Shown in pieces: positions 50,005-60,062 of a DNA stretch of 64,000 bases. Both the position numbers and the translations under genes were made by a program. The stretch comes from an uncultured Candidatus Binatia bacterium (GTDB lineage Bacteria > Desulfobacterota > Binatia > UBA9968 > CAXXLF01). The DNA lies in assembly GCA_965218425.1 (NCBI GenBank), contig OZ244621.1, forward strand, positions 3,392,001 to 3,456,000, given 5' to 3'. Each line of letters begins with the position of its first letter. Within the stretch, counting starts at the first letter, position 1. Below the pieces are notes generated by a model that searched no databases, had not been told where the DNA came from, and worked only from the letters and a program-made list of their open reading frames with translations.

Positions 50005-50187
50005 ATGGCTCAGATTCGGCACTTGGCCATCAGAACAGAAAATCCGGAACAGTTAGCTGCCTTCTATATGGAAGCCTTTGGTCTCAAGGAATTCCATCGG
50101 GGATCACACCCGGGTCTCCCGGGAGGGAAGACCGTTCATTTTGGTATCCTGGTGGATAATATGGACGAGACGCTTCAAACAGAATAG
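50005..50187 (+). pseudogene. Internally deleted VOC (glyoxalase/bleomycin resistance) family protein
   Basis: AGGAGG RBS; MAQIRHLAIRTENPEQLAAFY..FGL joined directly to HFGILVDN; only 60 aa. Confidence 0.6.
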
Positions 50188-50245
50188 ATGAGTTCGCGGA
50201 GCAGAAAGGAGATGGATTTTGCTTTGTTGCGCACGTTAGGGGCCG

Positions 50246-50700
50246 TCAACCCTGCTGTGCAACGTTGACCACAGCGGATAAATCCTTTAGGAGTCGATTG
50301 ACCCGTTGCTGTCCGAGACCCTTGACGACTTTTCCTTGCGCTTTTTTCCAGAGGGGATAACCCTTAGCCAAAATAACCTGACCTCTTTTGGTGATGGACA
50401 CCTCCCGCTCCCGCCGGTCCTTGCCGGATCTGATTCGTAACAGTCCTTGTTTTTCCAGGGGTCGCAGGTTCCGCGTCAAGGTGGTCCGATCCATAACGAT
50501 AGCCTCGGCCAGCCGATTGATGGTAAGGGGACCCAGCATTCCTGTAGCACCCAAAACCCAAACTGAGTGGCTCTGAGTCCAATGGGACGAAAGGCATCGT
50601 CGTAGAGTTGACTTACAGCCCTTACTGCTTTTCGCAGGTTCGAGCAGGTGCAAAGCTGACCCTCGTGCATGAAATTGTGAAAATAATTTGAGGGATTCAC
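50246..50700 (-). pseudogene. MarR family regulator with 1-nt frameshift (may be a sequencing error)
   Basis: CTCSNLRKAVRAVSQLYDDAFRPIGLRATQF in one frame and VLGATGMLGPLTINRLAE..MDRTTLTRNL..DRR in the next; one more G in a G-run (~50558) fuses them. Confidence 0.85.
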
Positions 50701-50736
50701 CGTGGAGTCAATGGGTCACGAGTAATCGGATCTAAG

Positions 50737-51759
50737 CTAATTCGATGACGCAGCCTCGGGACGTATTTCGCTTGTTAAAAGCTCCTGGTTACGGATAAAT
50801 TCCACCGGGATTTTCCGATCAATGGTTTCACGAATTAGAATTTTGTGTATGGCGTCTACAGAAGACGAGGGCTGGCCTTTCACTTCGACCAAAACATCTC
50901 CAGGCCGCAGGCCGGAACGGTCTGCGGGGCCACCCGTCACCAGCTTCACGATGGCAACTCCGTTTGAGGCCTTTAGCTTGAGCCCCCTCACCAGACCGGG
51001 TGGTATAGTCACGGTCTGTCCCGCGATGCCCAGATAACCGCGAACCACCTGTCCCTCTTTCAATAGCTGAGGGACCACCCACTTGGCCGTGTTCACAGGG
51101 ATTGCAAAGCAGACCCCCTGAGCGCCAGCCACAATGGCTGTAGTCACACCAATCACTTGGCCATGTGAGTCCACGAGGGCACCCCCACTATTTCCCGGAT
51201 TCAAAGCTGCGTCGGTTTGAATAATGTCCTCCATCAATCGACCGGAGATGCTCCGAAGAGTTCTGCCCAAGGCACTGACGACACCTGCGGTGACAGTAGC
51301 CTGAAGCCCCAGCGGGCTTCCTATGGCAATGGCGAGTTGTCCGACTTTGAGCTGGTCTGAGTCTCCGAGAGTCGCTGGCGGTAAACCAGAGGTTGCAAGA
51401 CGTAGCAGGGCGAGGTCCGTGTCAGGATCCCGACCCGCAAGTTGGGCTGGGAACTGGCTTCCATCGGCCAGAGATACCGTTAGATCATTGGCATCAGATA
51501 CCACGTGGTTGTTGGTGAGGACATAGCCATCGGGCGCTATAATGATCCCGGAGCCGCTACCAATGGATTCTCTGTTCGTACCCCAACCCAGAGCCGATGT
51601 GGCCCCAGGCTTCGTGACCTGAATGGTAACGACGGCAGGTCCAACCCTCTCTGCAATTTGCGAAACCGCCTCAGAATAGGCACTTAGCGAGGTTTCCGGA
51701 TCGAGACGTTCTTGGCGACTCCCATTCTTCCCATCAATTTCATTCAAATGATCAAACAT
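50737..51759 (-). CDS. HtrA/DegS-like trypsin serine protease with PDZ domain
   Basis: GSGSG, TNNHVV, DLA, IQTDAALNPGNSGG, PDZ GYLGI...GPADRSGL; no signal peptide seen. Confidence 0.93.
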   Translation of the reverse strand: MFDHLNEIDGKNGSRQERLDPETSLSAYSEAVSQIAERVGPAVVTIQVTKPGATSALGWGTNRESIGSGSGIIIAPDGYVLTNNHVVSDANDLTVSLADGSQFPAQLAGRDPDTDLALLRLATSGLPPATLGDSDQLKVGQLAIAIGSPLGLQATVTAGVVSALGRTLRSISGRLMEDIIQTDAALNPGNSGGALVDSHGQVIGVTTAIVAGAQGVCFAIPVNTAKWVVPQLLKEGQVVRGYLGIAGQTVTIPPGLVRGLKLKASNGVAIVKLVTGGPADRSGLRPGDVLVEVKGQPSSSVDAIHKILIRETIDRKIPVEFIRNQELLTSEIRPEAASSN

Positions 51760-51767
51760 AATGGGGG

Positions 51768-51796
51768 TATATGCACATTGTTTTCCATATTGTCAA
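51768..51796 (-). promoter_or_regulatory. Putative sigma70 promoter of htrA-marR
   Basis: Minus strand TTGACA-N17-CATATA, 8 nt before the ATG; a second TTGACA lies 13 nt further upstream. Confidence 0.4.
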
Positions 51797-52027
51797 TCCC
51801 CCTTGTCAATTTGGACCCTATTATAATAACCTGTCGGACCCGTGTTTTTTTAAGGATGACGGTGTAAGGTGATCTTATGGCAATCAAGCTTTCTGACTTG
51901 TCTCTGGTTGTTTGCTGTGGTAGAAGGCTCCGATATTTCAGTTAAATCTTAGTGCATGGAACGTAGGCGGGTCCTTAATCGAATCACTCGTACAAGAGGC
52001 CCAGGGGGTGACGGATTAGGAGAGTCA

Positions 52028-53155
52028 ATGAGCGAGAACCCAGGGGAAGCCGGAGAACTCATTCTCAGCGTTAGAGACCTGACTAAACGCTACGAAACCG
52101 TTCGGGTTTTGAACGATGTGAATTTTGATGTGTATAAGAACGAAATCCTGGTCATTTTAGGTCCGAGCGGGTGTGGCAAGAGTACCACGTTACGCATCAT
52201 AGCAGGGTTGGAACGTCCGGATACGGCCAGGATCGAGCTGATGGGTAAAACCATTTCGGATTCAAAAAAATGGATCTTTCTACCGGTGGAAAAGCGCAAC
52301 CTAGGAATGGTCTTTCAATCCTACGCAGTATGGCCCCATATGACCGTAGAGGACCATGTTGCCTTTCCATTGATTGTGAGGCGCTTCTCTAAGAAGGACA
52401 TCAAGCCGAAGGTCAAGCACGTATTGCAGTTTGTTAATCTTGAAGGATTTGAGGACCGTCTCGCCAGTAAACTGAGTGGTGGGCAGCAGCAACGACTGGC
52501 TTTGGCGCGGGCTTTAGTGTATGAACCCGATTTGCTTCTTTTGGACGAGCCACTGAGCAATTTGGATGCCCAATTACGACAACAGATGCGTGTCGAGCTG
52601 AAGAGCTTGCAACAACGGTTGGGGACGAGTTTTATATTTGTTACCCACGACCAAGTTGAGGCGATGACTTTAGCAGATCGCATACTGCTAATGAGAGACG
52701 GACAAATTCAGCAGCTGGGTAAACCCGATGAATTGTACGAAAATCCAAGCAACCAGTTTGTGCACTCTTTTTTGGGAAAGACAATCCATTTTCAGGGGCA
52801 ATGGACCCAAGAGGGGGGCCAAAGATTTGTGGAGTTGCCGGGCGGCTATCGACTTCGAGCGGCAGACAGTGTATCGGTGGGAACCTCTAAAGCGAATAGT
52901 ACTGACTCGGAACGCACGGTCCAAGTAACCCTACGGCCGCAGGATATAAAGTTTGTACCTGAAGAGCGTAAACCGGAAGTAAATGAAATTGAAGCTGTGG
53001 TTGAAAACGTCATCTATCTAGGCGACCAGTACGAAGTCGCCTTGCAAGCTTGCGACAACCATTTTGTGCTCACTGTAGATAATTCGGCGCTAAAGAAGGG
53101 AGCCAAGGTTCTCTTAAAAGTGGAGATCGAGCAAATTAAAACGTGGTCTTTATAG
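52028..53155 (+). CDS. ABC transporter ATP-binding protein (FbpC/PotA-like)
   Basis: GPSGCGKST, LSGGQQQR, LLLDEP, VTHDQ. Confidence 0.94.
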   Translation: MSENPGEAGELILSVRDLTKRYETVRVLNDVNFDVYKNEILVILGPSGCGKSTTLRIIAGLERPDTARIELMGKTISDSKKWIFLPVEKRNLGMVFQSYAVWPHMTVEDHVAFPLIVRRFSKKDIKPKVKHVLQFVNLEGFEDRLASKLSGGQQQRLALARALVYEPDLLLLDEPLSNLDAQLRQQMRVELKSLQQRLGTSFIFVTHDQVEAMTLADRILLMRDGQIQQLGKPDELYENPSNQFVHSFLGKTIHFQGQWTQEGGQRFVELPGGYRLRAADSVSVGTSKANSTDSERTVQVTLRPQDIKFVPEERKPEVNEIEAVVENVIYLGDQYEVALQACDNHFVLTVDNSALKKGAKVLLKVEIEQIKTWSL

Positions 53156-53211
53156 TGAGATGAACTGTTGGGTGAACATAAAAATGGAATGAGTCATCAG
53201 GGAGGTAGATT

Positions 53212-54303
53212 ATGAAATACTATCTAGCGGTCATTTTAAGTGGCTTGGTTTGGGTGCACTGTACGGCCCAACAGGCGATCTCTGGCCCAATCGAGGACTG
53301 GGACAAGGTCCTCGCAAAGGCTCGCCAAGAAGGCGTGGTGGTTCTGGGGACGAACCTGGGCCTGCCCAAATTTCGCCAGTCCGTGACCAAGGCCTTTAAG
53401 GGGCAATATGGTTTTGATGTCGAAATACGGTCCATGAAAGGCGCAGAGCTCACAGCTATTGCGGGTAGGGAATGTGCTGCTGGTCGCCCAAGTATGGATG
53501 TCCTGCTATCTGGAAATAGTGAGCTTATTACCCTTTATCCGAAGGGTTGTTTGGCCCCCCTTAAGCAGAAATTGCTATTACCCGAGGTAGTGGACAGCAA
53601 AAATTGGAGAGGGGGCTTTCTCAAATTCAACGACCCTGAAGAAAAGTATATGTTGCAGATGGCTGAATATTATTACGCCCCGGGAATTCATAACAAGAAC
53701 CTTGTCAAGGCAGAGAAGCTGAAATCAATTCAAAGCCTGGTGGATCCAAAGTATAAGGGGAAGATCGCCAGTTTTGACCCGCGTCGGGGGGGTGCAGGTC
53801 AAGCCGTTGCAGCCTATCTCCTGGTAAGCTTGGGTGATGAGTTTATCTCTCGCCTCTACGCACGGCAAAAAGTTACCTATACGACGAACCATCGTCAACT
53901 CGCCGACTGGATTGCACGAGGGAACTACGCGATAGGTTTGGGAGCTGCAGGAAGGGCTTATTTGCCCCTGATGAGGGAAGGTCTTCCAATAGGCGTGATG
54001 AGTTTTGACGACATAAGAGGTGAGGTCGTTGGAGGTAGCAGCGTCATGAAACTCGTCAAGGACTCACCCCATCCGAATGCCGCGACGATTTTGCTGAACT
54101 GGTTAGCCTCGAAGGAAGGACAGGGGATCTTTGAGCGTTATGTCCTACAGAAGAGTCGTCGACTCGATGTCCGTACTCCGGAAATACCGGACTTTACGAT
54201 TCCAAAACCAAACCTGGAGTACCACGACGGCTACTCGCACAAATACTACGCAAAGGAACGTCGTGGGGCCAGGAAACGTCTATTGGAAATACTCGGGAGA
54301 TAG
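53212..54303 (+). CDS. ABC transporter substrate-binding protein
   Basis: Signal peptide, WDKVLAKARQEG, DPKYKGKI, PHPNAA; paralog of 32264. Confidence 0.88.
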   Translation: MKYYLAVILSGLVWVHCTAQQAISGPIEDWDKVLAKARQEGVVVLGTNLGLPKFRQSVTKAFKGQYGFDVEIRSMKGAELTAIAGRECAAGRPSMDVLLSGNSELITLYPKGCLAPLKQKLLLPEVVDSKNWRGGFLKFNDPEEKYMLQMAEYYYAPGIHNKNLVKAEKLKSIQSLVDPKYKGKIASFDPRRGGAGQAVAAYLLVSLGDEFISRLYARQKVTYTTNHRQLADWIARGNYAIGLGAAGRAYLPLMREGLPIGVMSFDDIRGEVVGGSSVMKLVKDSPHPNAATILLNWLASKEGQGIFERYVLQKSRRLDVRTPEIPDFTIPKPNLEYHDGYSHKYYAKERRGARKRLLEILGR

Positions 54304-54368
54304 CCTTGGGAATAAGGTTCACAATGAGCTCATGAATGCTCATGGTTCTTGAAATGTAAACGACCCCT

Positions 54369-56075
54369 ATGGAGCGTGTGACACAAATCGAGGTCATCGA
54401 GCTACCAAAGCCACCTCGACGCCCATTTTTAGGGATCAGCACGATTGTTTTACTGGGGGCGGCGGCAGCCAGCCTGCCCCCCGTGCTGTTTATCCTCATT
54501 AACAGTTTCAATAGCGCGGATCCTGCGGAACCGTTTCGCTTTGGTTTGGAAGGGTGGACAAGTGCGTTTGCCAATAAGCGTACCCTGAGCTCTATTGGTT
54601 ATAGTTTCCTCCTCAACATTCGGTCCGTTCTAGGGATTGCCATAGGCTTTTTTTTCTCCTGGTTGCTGATTCGAGTGCGTATTCCGTTCAAAGGCTTCAT
54701 TGAACTCTCGCTCTGGATCGCTTATTTTCTCCCTTCCTTGCCTCTCGCCATAAGTTGGATCCTCCTTTTGGATCCCAATTATGGACTTCTGAATCAGTGG
54801 TTTGGGGGATGGGGATTTAAACTCACTCCGTACTCGATCTATGGGATCGTATGGGTGCATCTAACTGCGAGCACAATACCGGTTATGACTATCCTATTAG
54901 CCCCTGCGTTCAGACAACTGGAGGCTTCATTAGAGGAGGCCGCGCGAGTCTGCGGTGCGGGAACCTGGCGGACTTTTAGACATGTACTGATACCGGTACT
55001 GGGTCCAGCCCTATTCACCGTATGGATAGCCGGCATGATCCGTGGCCTGGAATCGTTTCAGGTCGAACTCCTCTTGGGTCGCCCGGCGGGAATTGACGTC
55101 TTTGCCACTCGTATTTATGACCTCATTACCTGGGAACCTCCCGAGTTTTCACAGGCTATCACGCTTAGTACCTTCTTTCTGGTCGTCTTATTCATACTTG
55201 CAATGCTGTATCAATCCTATACCCGGGACCGCCGTTACGTGACGGTGTCTGGTAAAGGGGCTACATTTCGTCCCGTCGACCTGGGCATAGGGCGATACTT
55301 AATCTCTGGTGCCTTGCTTGCGTTTTTAGCAGTGGCGGTCTTCTTACCGATGGGTGCCCTGGTTCTAGGTTCGAGTATGAGGATATTCGGTTATTTTGAG
55401 ATCTCAAATCCCTATACCTTGGGACATTGGAAGGCCGTAATTGAAGACCCGGTGTTCCTCTCGTCCATCCGTAATTCCCTTGTCCTCGGCTTCTCCACGG
55501 GTATTTCGGCTTTAATAGTATATTGTCTCATAGGCTATGCATTGGTTCGGCTCCCTCTAACAGGTAAGTCGGTGGCCAATGTCTTTATCTGGCTGCCGTG
55601 GGCGGTACCAGGAATTCTCATGGGTCTTGGCTTTCTGTGGATGTTTTTATCGGTGCCGTTTCTGTCTCCTTTCTATGGCACCATCTTTAGCTTGACCTGG
55701 GTGCTGATTATCAAGGAGCTACCCATCGGGGTACACCTGATCAAGGCTAGTTTTAGCCAGCTTTCAGAGGATCTGGAAAATGTAGCCCGGGTTTGCGGAT
55801 CAAAGTGGTTGTATAGTTTCCGCCGCATCACCATTCCGCTGATCTCTCCCACACTGGTAGCGATCTTTGTCATTGTCTTCATGGCTGCAATCCGTGATGT
55901 GGACAATGTCGTGCTCCTGGCCAACGCGTCCACCCGACCATTAGCGATTTTGATGATGGAATATGCCTTGGGTGGTGAGATGGAATCAGCCTCTATCGTG
56001 AGTGTTATTTTAGTCGGTTTTGCCATTGTGGTAGCTGTCTTTGTCCGGAGATTCGGCTACCGCATGGAGAACTAG
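54369..56075 (+). CDS. ABC transporter permease (two fused domains)
   Basis: LEEAARVCGA and LENVARVCGS loops; paralog of 33461. Confidence 0.92.
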   Translation: MERVTQIEVIELPKPPRRPFLGISTIVLLGAAAASLPPVLFILINSFNSADPAEPFRFGLEGWTSAFANKRTLSSIGYSFLLNIRSVLGIAIGFFFSWLLIRVRIPFKGFIELSLWIAYFLPSLPLAISWILLLDPNYGLLNQWFGGWGFKLTPYSIYGIVWVHLTASTIPVMTILLAPAFRQLEASLEEAARVCGAGTWRTFRHVLIPVLGPALFTVWIAGMIRGLESFQVELLLGRPAGIDVFATRIYDLITWEPPEFSQAITLSTFFLVVLFILAMLYQSYTRDRRYVTVSGKGATFRPVDLGIGRYLISGALLAFLAVAVFLPMGALVLGSSMRIFGYFEISNPYTLGHWKAVIEDPVFLSSIRNSLVLGFSTGISALIVYCLIGYALVRLPLTGKSVANVFIWLPWAVPGILMGLGFLWMFLSVPFLSPFYGTIFSLTWVLIIKELPIGVHLIKASFSQLSEDLENVARVCGSKWLYSFRRITIPLISPTLVAIFVIVFMAAIRDVDNVVLLANASTRPLAILMMEYALGGEMESASIVSVILVGFAIVVAVFVRRFGYRMEN

Positions 56076-56258
56076 GTATTGACGGTTACCCAATTTCGCG
56101 GGAATCGAATATCTGGGTATCGGGAACTATTAGAAGTCGCATGATTGCTTAAATATGAGGAAGTTTCCCAGCGCTACCCCCCCCCACAATTAATTACGAG
56201 CCGTTGTGCAGAGACTCCACACGGAAATCGCTAATTAAAAAGAGATAACGGTAGTTCA

Positions 56259-57197
56259 ATGGCCGGAATTAAGCTTACGCTTTCCTGCGGGTATTACGAT
56301 CGCACGCTCCCAGTGCTCGACGGAAGAGTCAAGCCGGAAGGTATCGAGCTGGTTGTTGTATCACCGCTTGTTCCAGGGACCTCGATGGGGTCGCCGGATG
56401 CCGACGTATACGAGACCGCTAATCCCGCACTGATCATACAAAAAGACCGCGGCCAGGGTCACCTAGGCATCCCGGTCTTTCCGCGTCGTAAGTTCTTTCA
56501 CCAATTGTTGCTCACGAGGAAAGACGAGAAGATCTCTTCCTTTGAAGATTTTGCAGGCAAGAAGGTTGGCATTCTCAGATGGTATCAGCATGCCATGGGG
56601 GTATGGCTTAGGGGGTACCTCAAGGACAAATACGGTATTGACTCGAGGGAGATTCACTGGTTCACGGAGCGGCAGAGTTTATCCCCTCTGGAAGCGTCCA
56701 CGGGGGTGACAGTCACATTGATACCTGAAGGCAAGAGTCTTGTTCAGATGTTGGCTGATGGAGAACTGGATGTCTTGTGTCACGAGGATGCCCATCGGAT
56801 GCTGCTGCATCAAAATCTGAGACGGGTATTTCCCAACTTCAAGGACCTAGAGGCCTCTTATTTCAAGGAAACAGGTATCTTCCCCATCAATCACGTCCTG
56901 GTCATCAAAAAGGAGATCGTGGCTAAAAGTCCCTGGGTGGTGCCCAGTCTCATCAGTGCCTTTGAAAAAGCCAAACGGTTGGCCCTGGACACCCTGGACG
57001 GGGACAATTCACTTATAAGTTCGCCATGGGTGGCTCCGCTTTTAGAGGAGCAGTATCGTTTGCTGAGGAGAAACATGTTTCCATACGGGTTGGAAGCCAA
57101 TAGAAAGGAGCTGGAGACTCATATTGGTTACCTGCACGATCAAGGTCTGATATCGAGGGCCTTGGGGCTAGAGGAAATCTTTGCTCCGGGCAGTTGA
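56259..57197 (+). CDS. 4,5-dihydroxyphthalate decarboxylase (Pht5/OphC)-like PBP2-fold protein
   Basis: LTLSCGYYDRT..DGRVKPEGI, IPVFP, VWLRG, YFKETGIFPINH, PYGLEANR; no signal peptide. Confidence 0.75.
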   Translation: MAGIKLTLSCGYYDRTLPVLDGRVKPEGIELVVVSPLVPGTSMGSPDADVYETANPALIIQKDRGQGHLGIPVFPRRKFFHQLLLTRKDEKISSFEDFAGKKVGILRWYQHAMGVWLRGYLKDKYGIDSREIHWFTERQSLSPLEASTGVTVTLIPEGKSLVQMLADGELDVLCHEDAHRMLLHQNLRRVFPNFKDLEASYFKETGIFPINHVLVIKKEIVAKSPWVVPSLISAFEKAKRLALDTLDGDNSLISSPWVAPLLEEQYRLLRRNMFPYGLEANRKELETHIGYLHDQGLISRALGLEEIFAPGS

Positions 57198-57441
57198 TTG
57201 TCGGTGTTACTCTTGGAGCCCCATTCTTCACCGTTGGCTCTTGCGTCCCCGTGCCCACCTTCGGAATGAGTCAAGTGAGAGAAGTCTTTGGCTTTTTTGA
57301 GATGGAAGGTACTATCGACGGTTTCCGTGTAGGTCGCCCCTGGTCATGCCAAAATGGGGTGTAGAAAATGGTTCCACGGAACGGATCAGTTTGGCTGTGC
57401 GTTAAAGAGACCACCGGCCTAGAGAAGGGATTGACTCAACC

Positions 57442-59430
57442 ATGTTTGAAGCAGCAGTTCATGGTTTTTTAAATATTTTCCAGGCAAAGGCGATCCTTGG
57501 CATGTTCGGGGGGATCGCGGTGGGTACTTTTACCGCCATCACGCCGCAGGGCCTGGGCACTCCGTTGATGTATGCCTTGTTTCTTTCCGTTGTCACCCAA
57601 TGGGATCCCATCGTCGCCATCGCTTTTCTCATCGGCATGGATGCAGTGAGCAGCACCTGTAGCGCCTACCTTCCAGTGCTATTTGGCATTCCCGGCGGAG
57701 CAGGATCCCAGGCCACCGTACTTGACGGTTATCCCATGGGACGAAACGGCGAGGCCCGCCGTGCTTTGGGGGCCGCATTCACGGCCGGAATGTTAGGCAG
57801 TCTGGTGGGAATGATTACTCTGGCCGCGGCGATTCCCGTGGCCCGGGCAATAATTCTATTGCTTGGGTCTCCCGAGCTGTTCGTGATTACCTTGTGGGGT
57901 GTCAGCATGGTTTCCATCCTGGCGGGTCCTCGGCCGTTAAAGGGGCTCATTGCCGGGACATTCGGCCTGATTCTTTCGGTGGTGGGGATCCAGGCCCAAT
58001 CGGGCGTGATGCGCTTTGTATTCGACCAACCTTACCTGCTTGAGGGATTACCGCTCAGCATCATGGCCCTGGCCGTGTTTGGCATTCCATCCGCCTTGGA
58101 TCTAGCGATTACCAAGGTAGGAGTTGAGAGACCACCGATGCCTCTGAAGGGTAGCCTTTTGCAGGGGATCATGGATGCGATTCGCAACTGGTGGTTAGTG
58201 GTACGGGTCAGTTTTTTAGGGATCTGGGTAGGTATTATCCCCGGGCTCGGTGCGCAGGTGGTGGACTGGCTCAGTTATGGGCATGCCGCGCAAACCTGTA
58301 AAGGAGGGAAGGATACCTTCGGTAAAGGGGACGTGCGCGGGGTCATCGCCCCTGAGGCTTCCAATGACGCCAAGGACGGAGGGACCCTGATACCAACTTT
58401 GACCCTGGGGATACCCGGGAGCCTGGTTTCTGCCCTCTTTCTGTTTGCCCTGATCACCATGGGATTCTCACCCGGCCCCTATATGCTGGAACGAAACCTA
58501 GATCTGATTTACAGCGTTGTATGGGTATTAGGAGTCGCAAGCCTCATCGGTGCCGCGCTGGGGCTGCTATTCGCCACGCCTTTTGCCAAACTCGCAGAGC
58601 TGCGTTATTCCATCATTGTTCCCATGATCCTGACATTCGTCATGATTGGGGCTTTAAGCGCTACCCGCCATCCTGCGGATCTGCTGCTGGTGGTCATGTT
58701 TGGGATCGTCGGCTTCACTCTGAAGAGGTTTAGCTACCCACGGCCTCCCCTGGTGCTTGGGATGATTCTCGGTTTGTTGATGGAGAAATATCTATACATC
58801 TCAACCGCGCGTTACGAGTTTGCATGGCTCCAACGTCCCCTAGTGATCATCCTGCTCTTGCTGGTTGCGGTCTCCCTGGGTTACACTCTCTGGAGCCGGC
58901 GGGAGAAAAAGGAACCTGGCGAGACGAAGCAGGTCACTCGGCCAATTAGATTGACCTTCAACTACAATGCAGGATTAACTCTGGCATTCCTGCTAGCCTT
59001 TGTATATGTCATCGTCACCAGCTGGGACTGGCCATTGATTGCTAGACTCATGCCGGTTTACGTTGGGGCGATCCCAGGGATCTTCTTGGCTACCACTCAA
59101 CTCTTTCGTGACGTCACGGGTTGGGAATCTCGCATTGCCGCCAAAGGCGTGGAAATGGATGAGACTGCCATGGGGGGTGAATTGGAACGAAGAGTGGAGA
59201 TCACCCGGACGGTAAGCTTCTTTGGGTGGTTTGCCGGCGCTGCGGTGACCATCTGGCTTTTTGGTATCGTCATCGGACTGCCGCTTTTCGTGCTACTGTA
59301 CACCTACTTTGATGGTGGGGAAAAATGGTGGATGTCTGTTATTATGGGAGTGGGTGCGTTTGCTCTTGTGTGGGGGTTGTTCGAGGGGATCTTTGAAGTC
59401 TTGTGGCCGCCAGGGTTGTTTTTTGAATGA
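57442..59430 (+). CDS. tctA: Tripartite tricarboxylate transporter TctA with fused C-terminal TctB-like domain
   Basis: GIPG..QATVLDGYPM, GVIAPEASNDAK, IPTLTLGIPGS, RPPLVLG; about 160 extra C-terminal residues with ~4-5 hydrophobic segments. Confidence 0.88.
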   Translation: MFEAAVHGFLNIFQAKAILGMFGGIAVGTFTAITPQGLGTPLMYALFLSVVTQWDPIVAIAFLIGMDAVSSTCSAYLPVLFGIPGGAGSQATVLDGYPMGRNGEARRALGAAFTAGMLGSLVGMITLAAAIPVARAIILLLGSPELFVITLWGVSMVSILAGPRPLKGLIAGTFGLILSVVGIQAQSGVMRFVFDQPYLLEGLPLSIMALAVFGIPSALDLAITKVGVERPPMPLKGSLLQGIMDAIRNWWLVVRVSFLGIWVGIIPGLGAQVVDWLSYGHAAQTCKGGKDTFGKGDVRGVIAPEASNDAKDGGTLIPTLTLGIPGSLVSALFLFALITMGFSPGPYMLERNLDLIYSVVWVLGVASLIGAALGLLFATPFAKLAELRYSIIVPMILTFVMIGALSATRHPADLLLVVMFGIVGFTLKRFSYPRPPLVLGMILGLLMEKYLYISTARYEFAWLQRPLVIILLLLVAVSLGYTLWSRREKKEPGETKQVTRPIRLTFNYNAGLTLAFLLAFVYVIVTSWDWPLIARLMPVYVGAIPGIFLATTQLFRDVTGWESRIAAKGVEMDETAMGGELERRVEITRTVSFFGWFAGAAVTIWLFGIVIGLPLFVLLYTYFDGGEKWWMSVIMGVGAFALVWGLFEGIFEVLWPPGLFFE

Positions 59431-59503
59431 TGCATTAGGAAGCTCAGAATTGTTCCATTCAGATTCTTAATGGGGCGTCAAAAAACCAAAGAAGGAGGAA
59501 ACC

Positions 59504-59932
59504 ATGAAGATCACCGATGTAGAGGAGGTTATAAAAAAAGAAAGAAAGGGGGAGGACCGAAGAACGGATCTGTTCAGGACAAAGAACCTGACTGCTTGGC
59601 TACTGTATTTTCCACCCGGAGACGTTCAAAGAATGCATAACCATCCTTCGGACCGGACCTATTATGTGATCAAGGGTCGGGGCATCATGAAGGGACCCAA
59701 TGAAACCCATGAGCTTTCTCCCGGAAAGATTATCAGTATCCCTGCCTTGGAGTTTTATGAGGGATCCAATCCAAACGATGAACCCATGGTGCTTCTAGGC
59801 AACAGTTCCAACCCGACTCCGCAAGATTACAAAAAGATTGGCGGAATGCGGTCTGAGATCGATGACGCGACAGGAAAGCAAATCGTATTTCAGCATGGTG
59901 GTGCCCAGGACGAAGGAAAAATCGTCGACTAA
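59504..59932 (+). CDS. Cupin domain protein (unrelated to paralogs A-C)
   Basis: MHNHPSDRTYYVIKGRG; AAGGAGG RBS; second-motif His appears absent. Confidence 0.75.
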   Translation: MKITDVEEVIKKERKGEDRRTDLFRTKNLTAWLLYFPPGDVQRMHNHPSDRTYYVIKGRGIMKGPNETHELSPGKIISIPALEFYEGSNPNDEPMVLLGNSSNPTPQDYKKIGGMRSEIDDATGKQIVFQHGGAQDEGKIVD

Positions 59933-60062
59933 TCCGCGGCACCCACGGAATCGAACCTAGACCCTTTTTTGCAGGAGGCTGGAAGTCCAGGCGCTGATAG
60001 ATTCTTCGAGCGTGGTGGACATCCAACCCTCAAAAACAATGGTGGAGAGCCTCTATGCCCAT

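Noticed and set aside
59936..59972. GGAATCGAACC, the reverse complement of a tRNA T-loop motif
   Set aside because: The flanking bases do not form a T-stem or acceptor stem, so there is no cloverleaf
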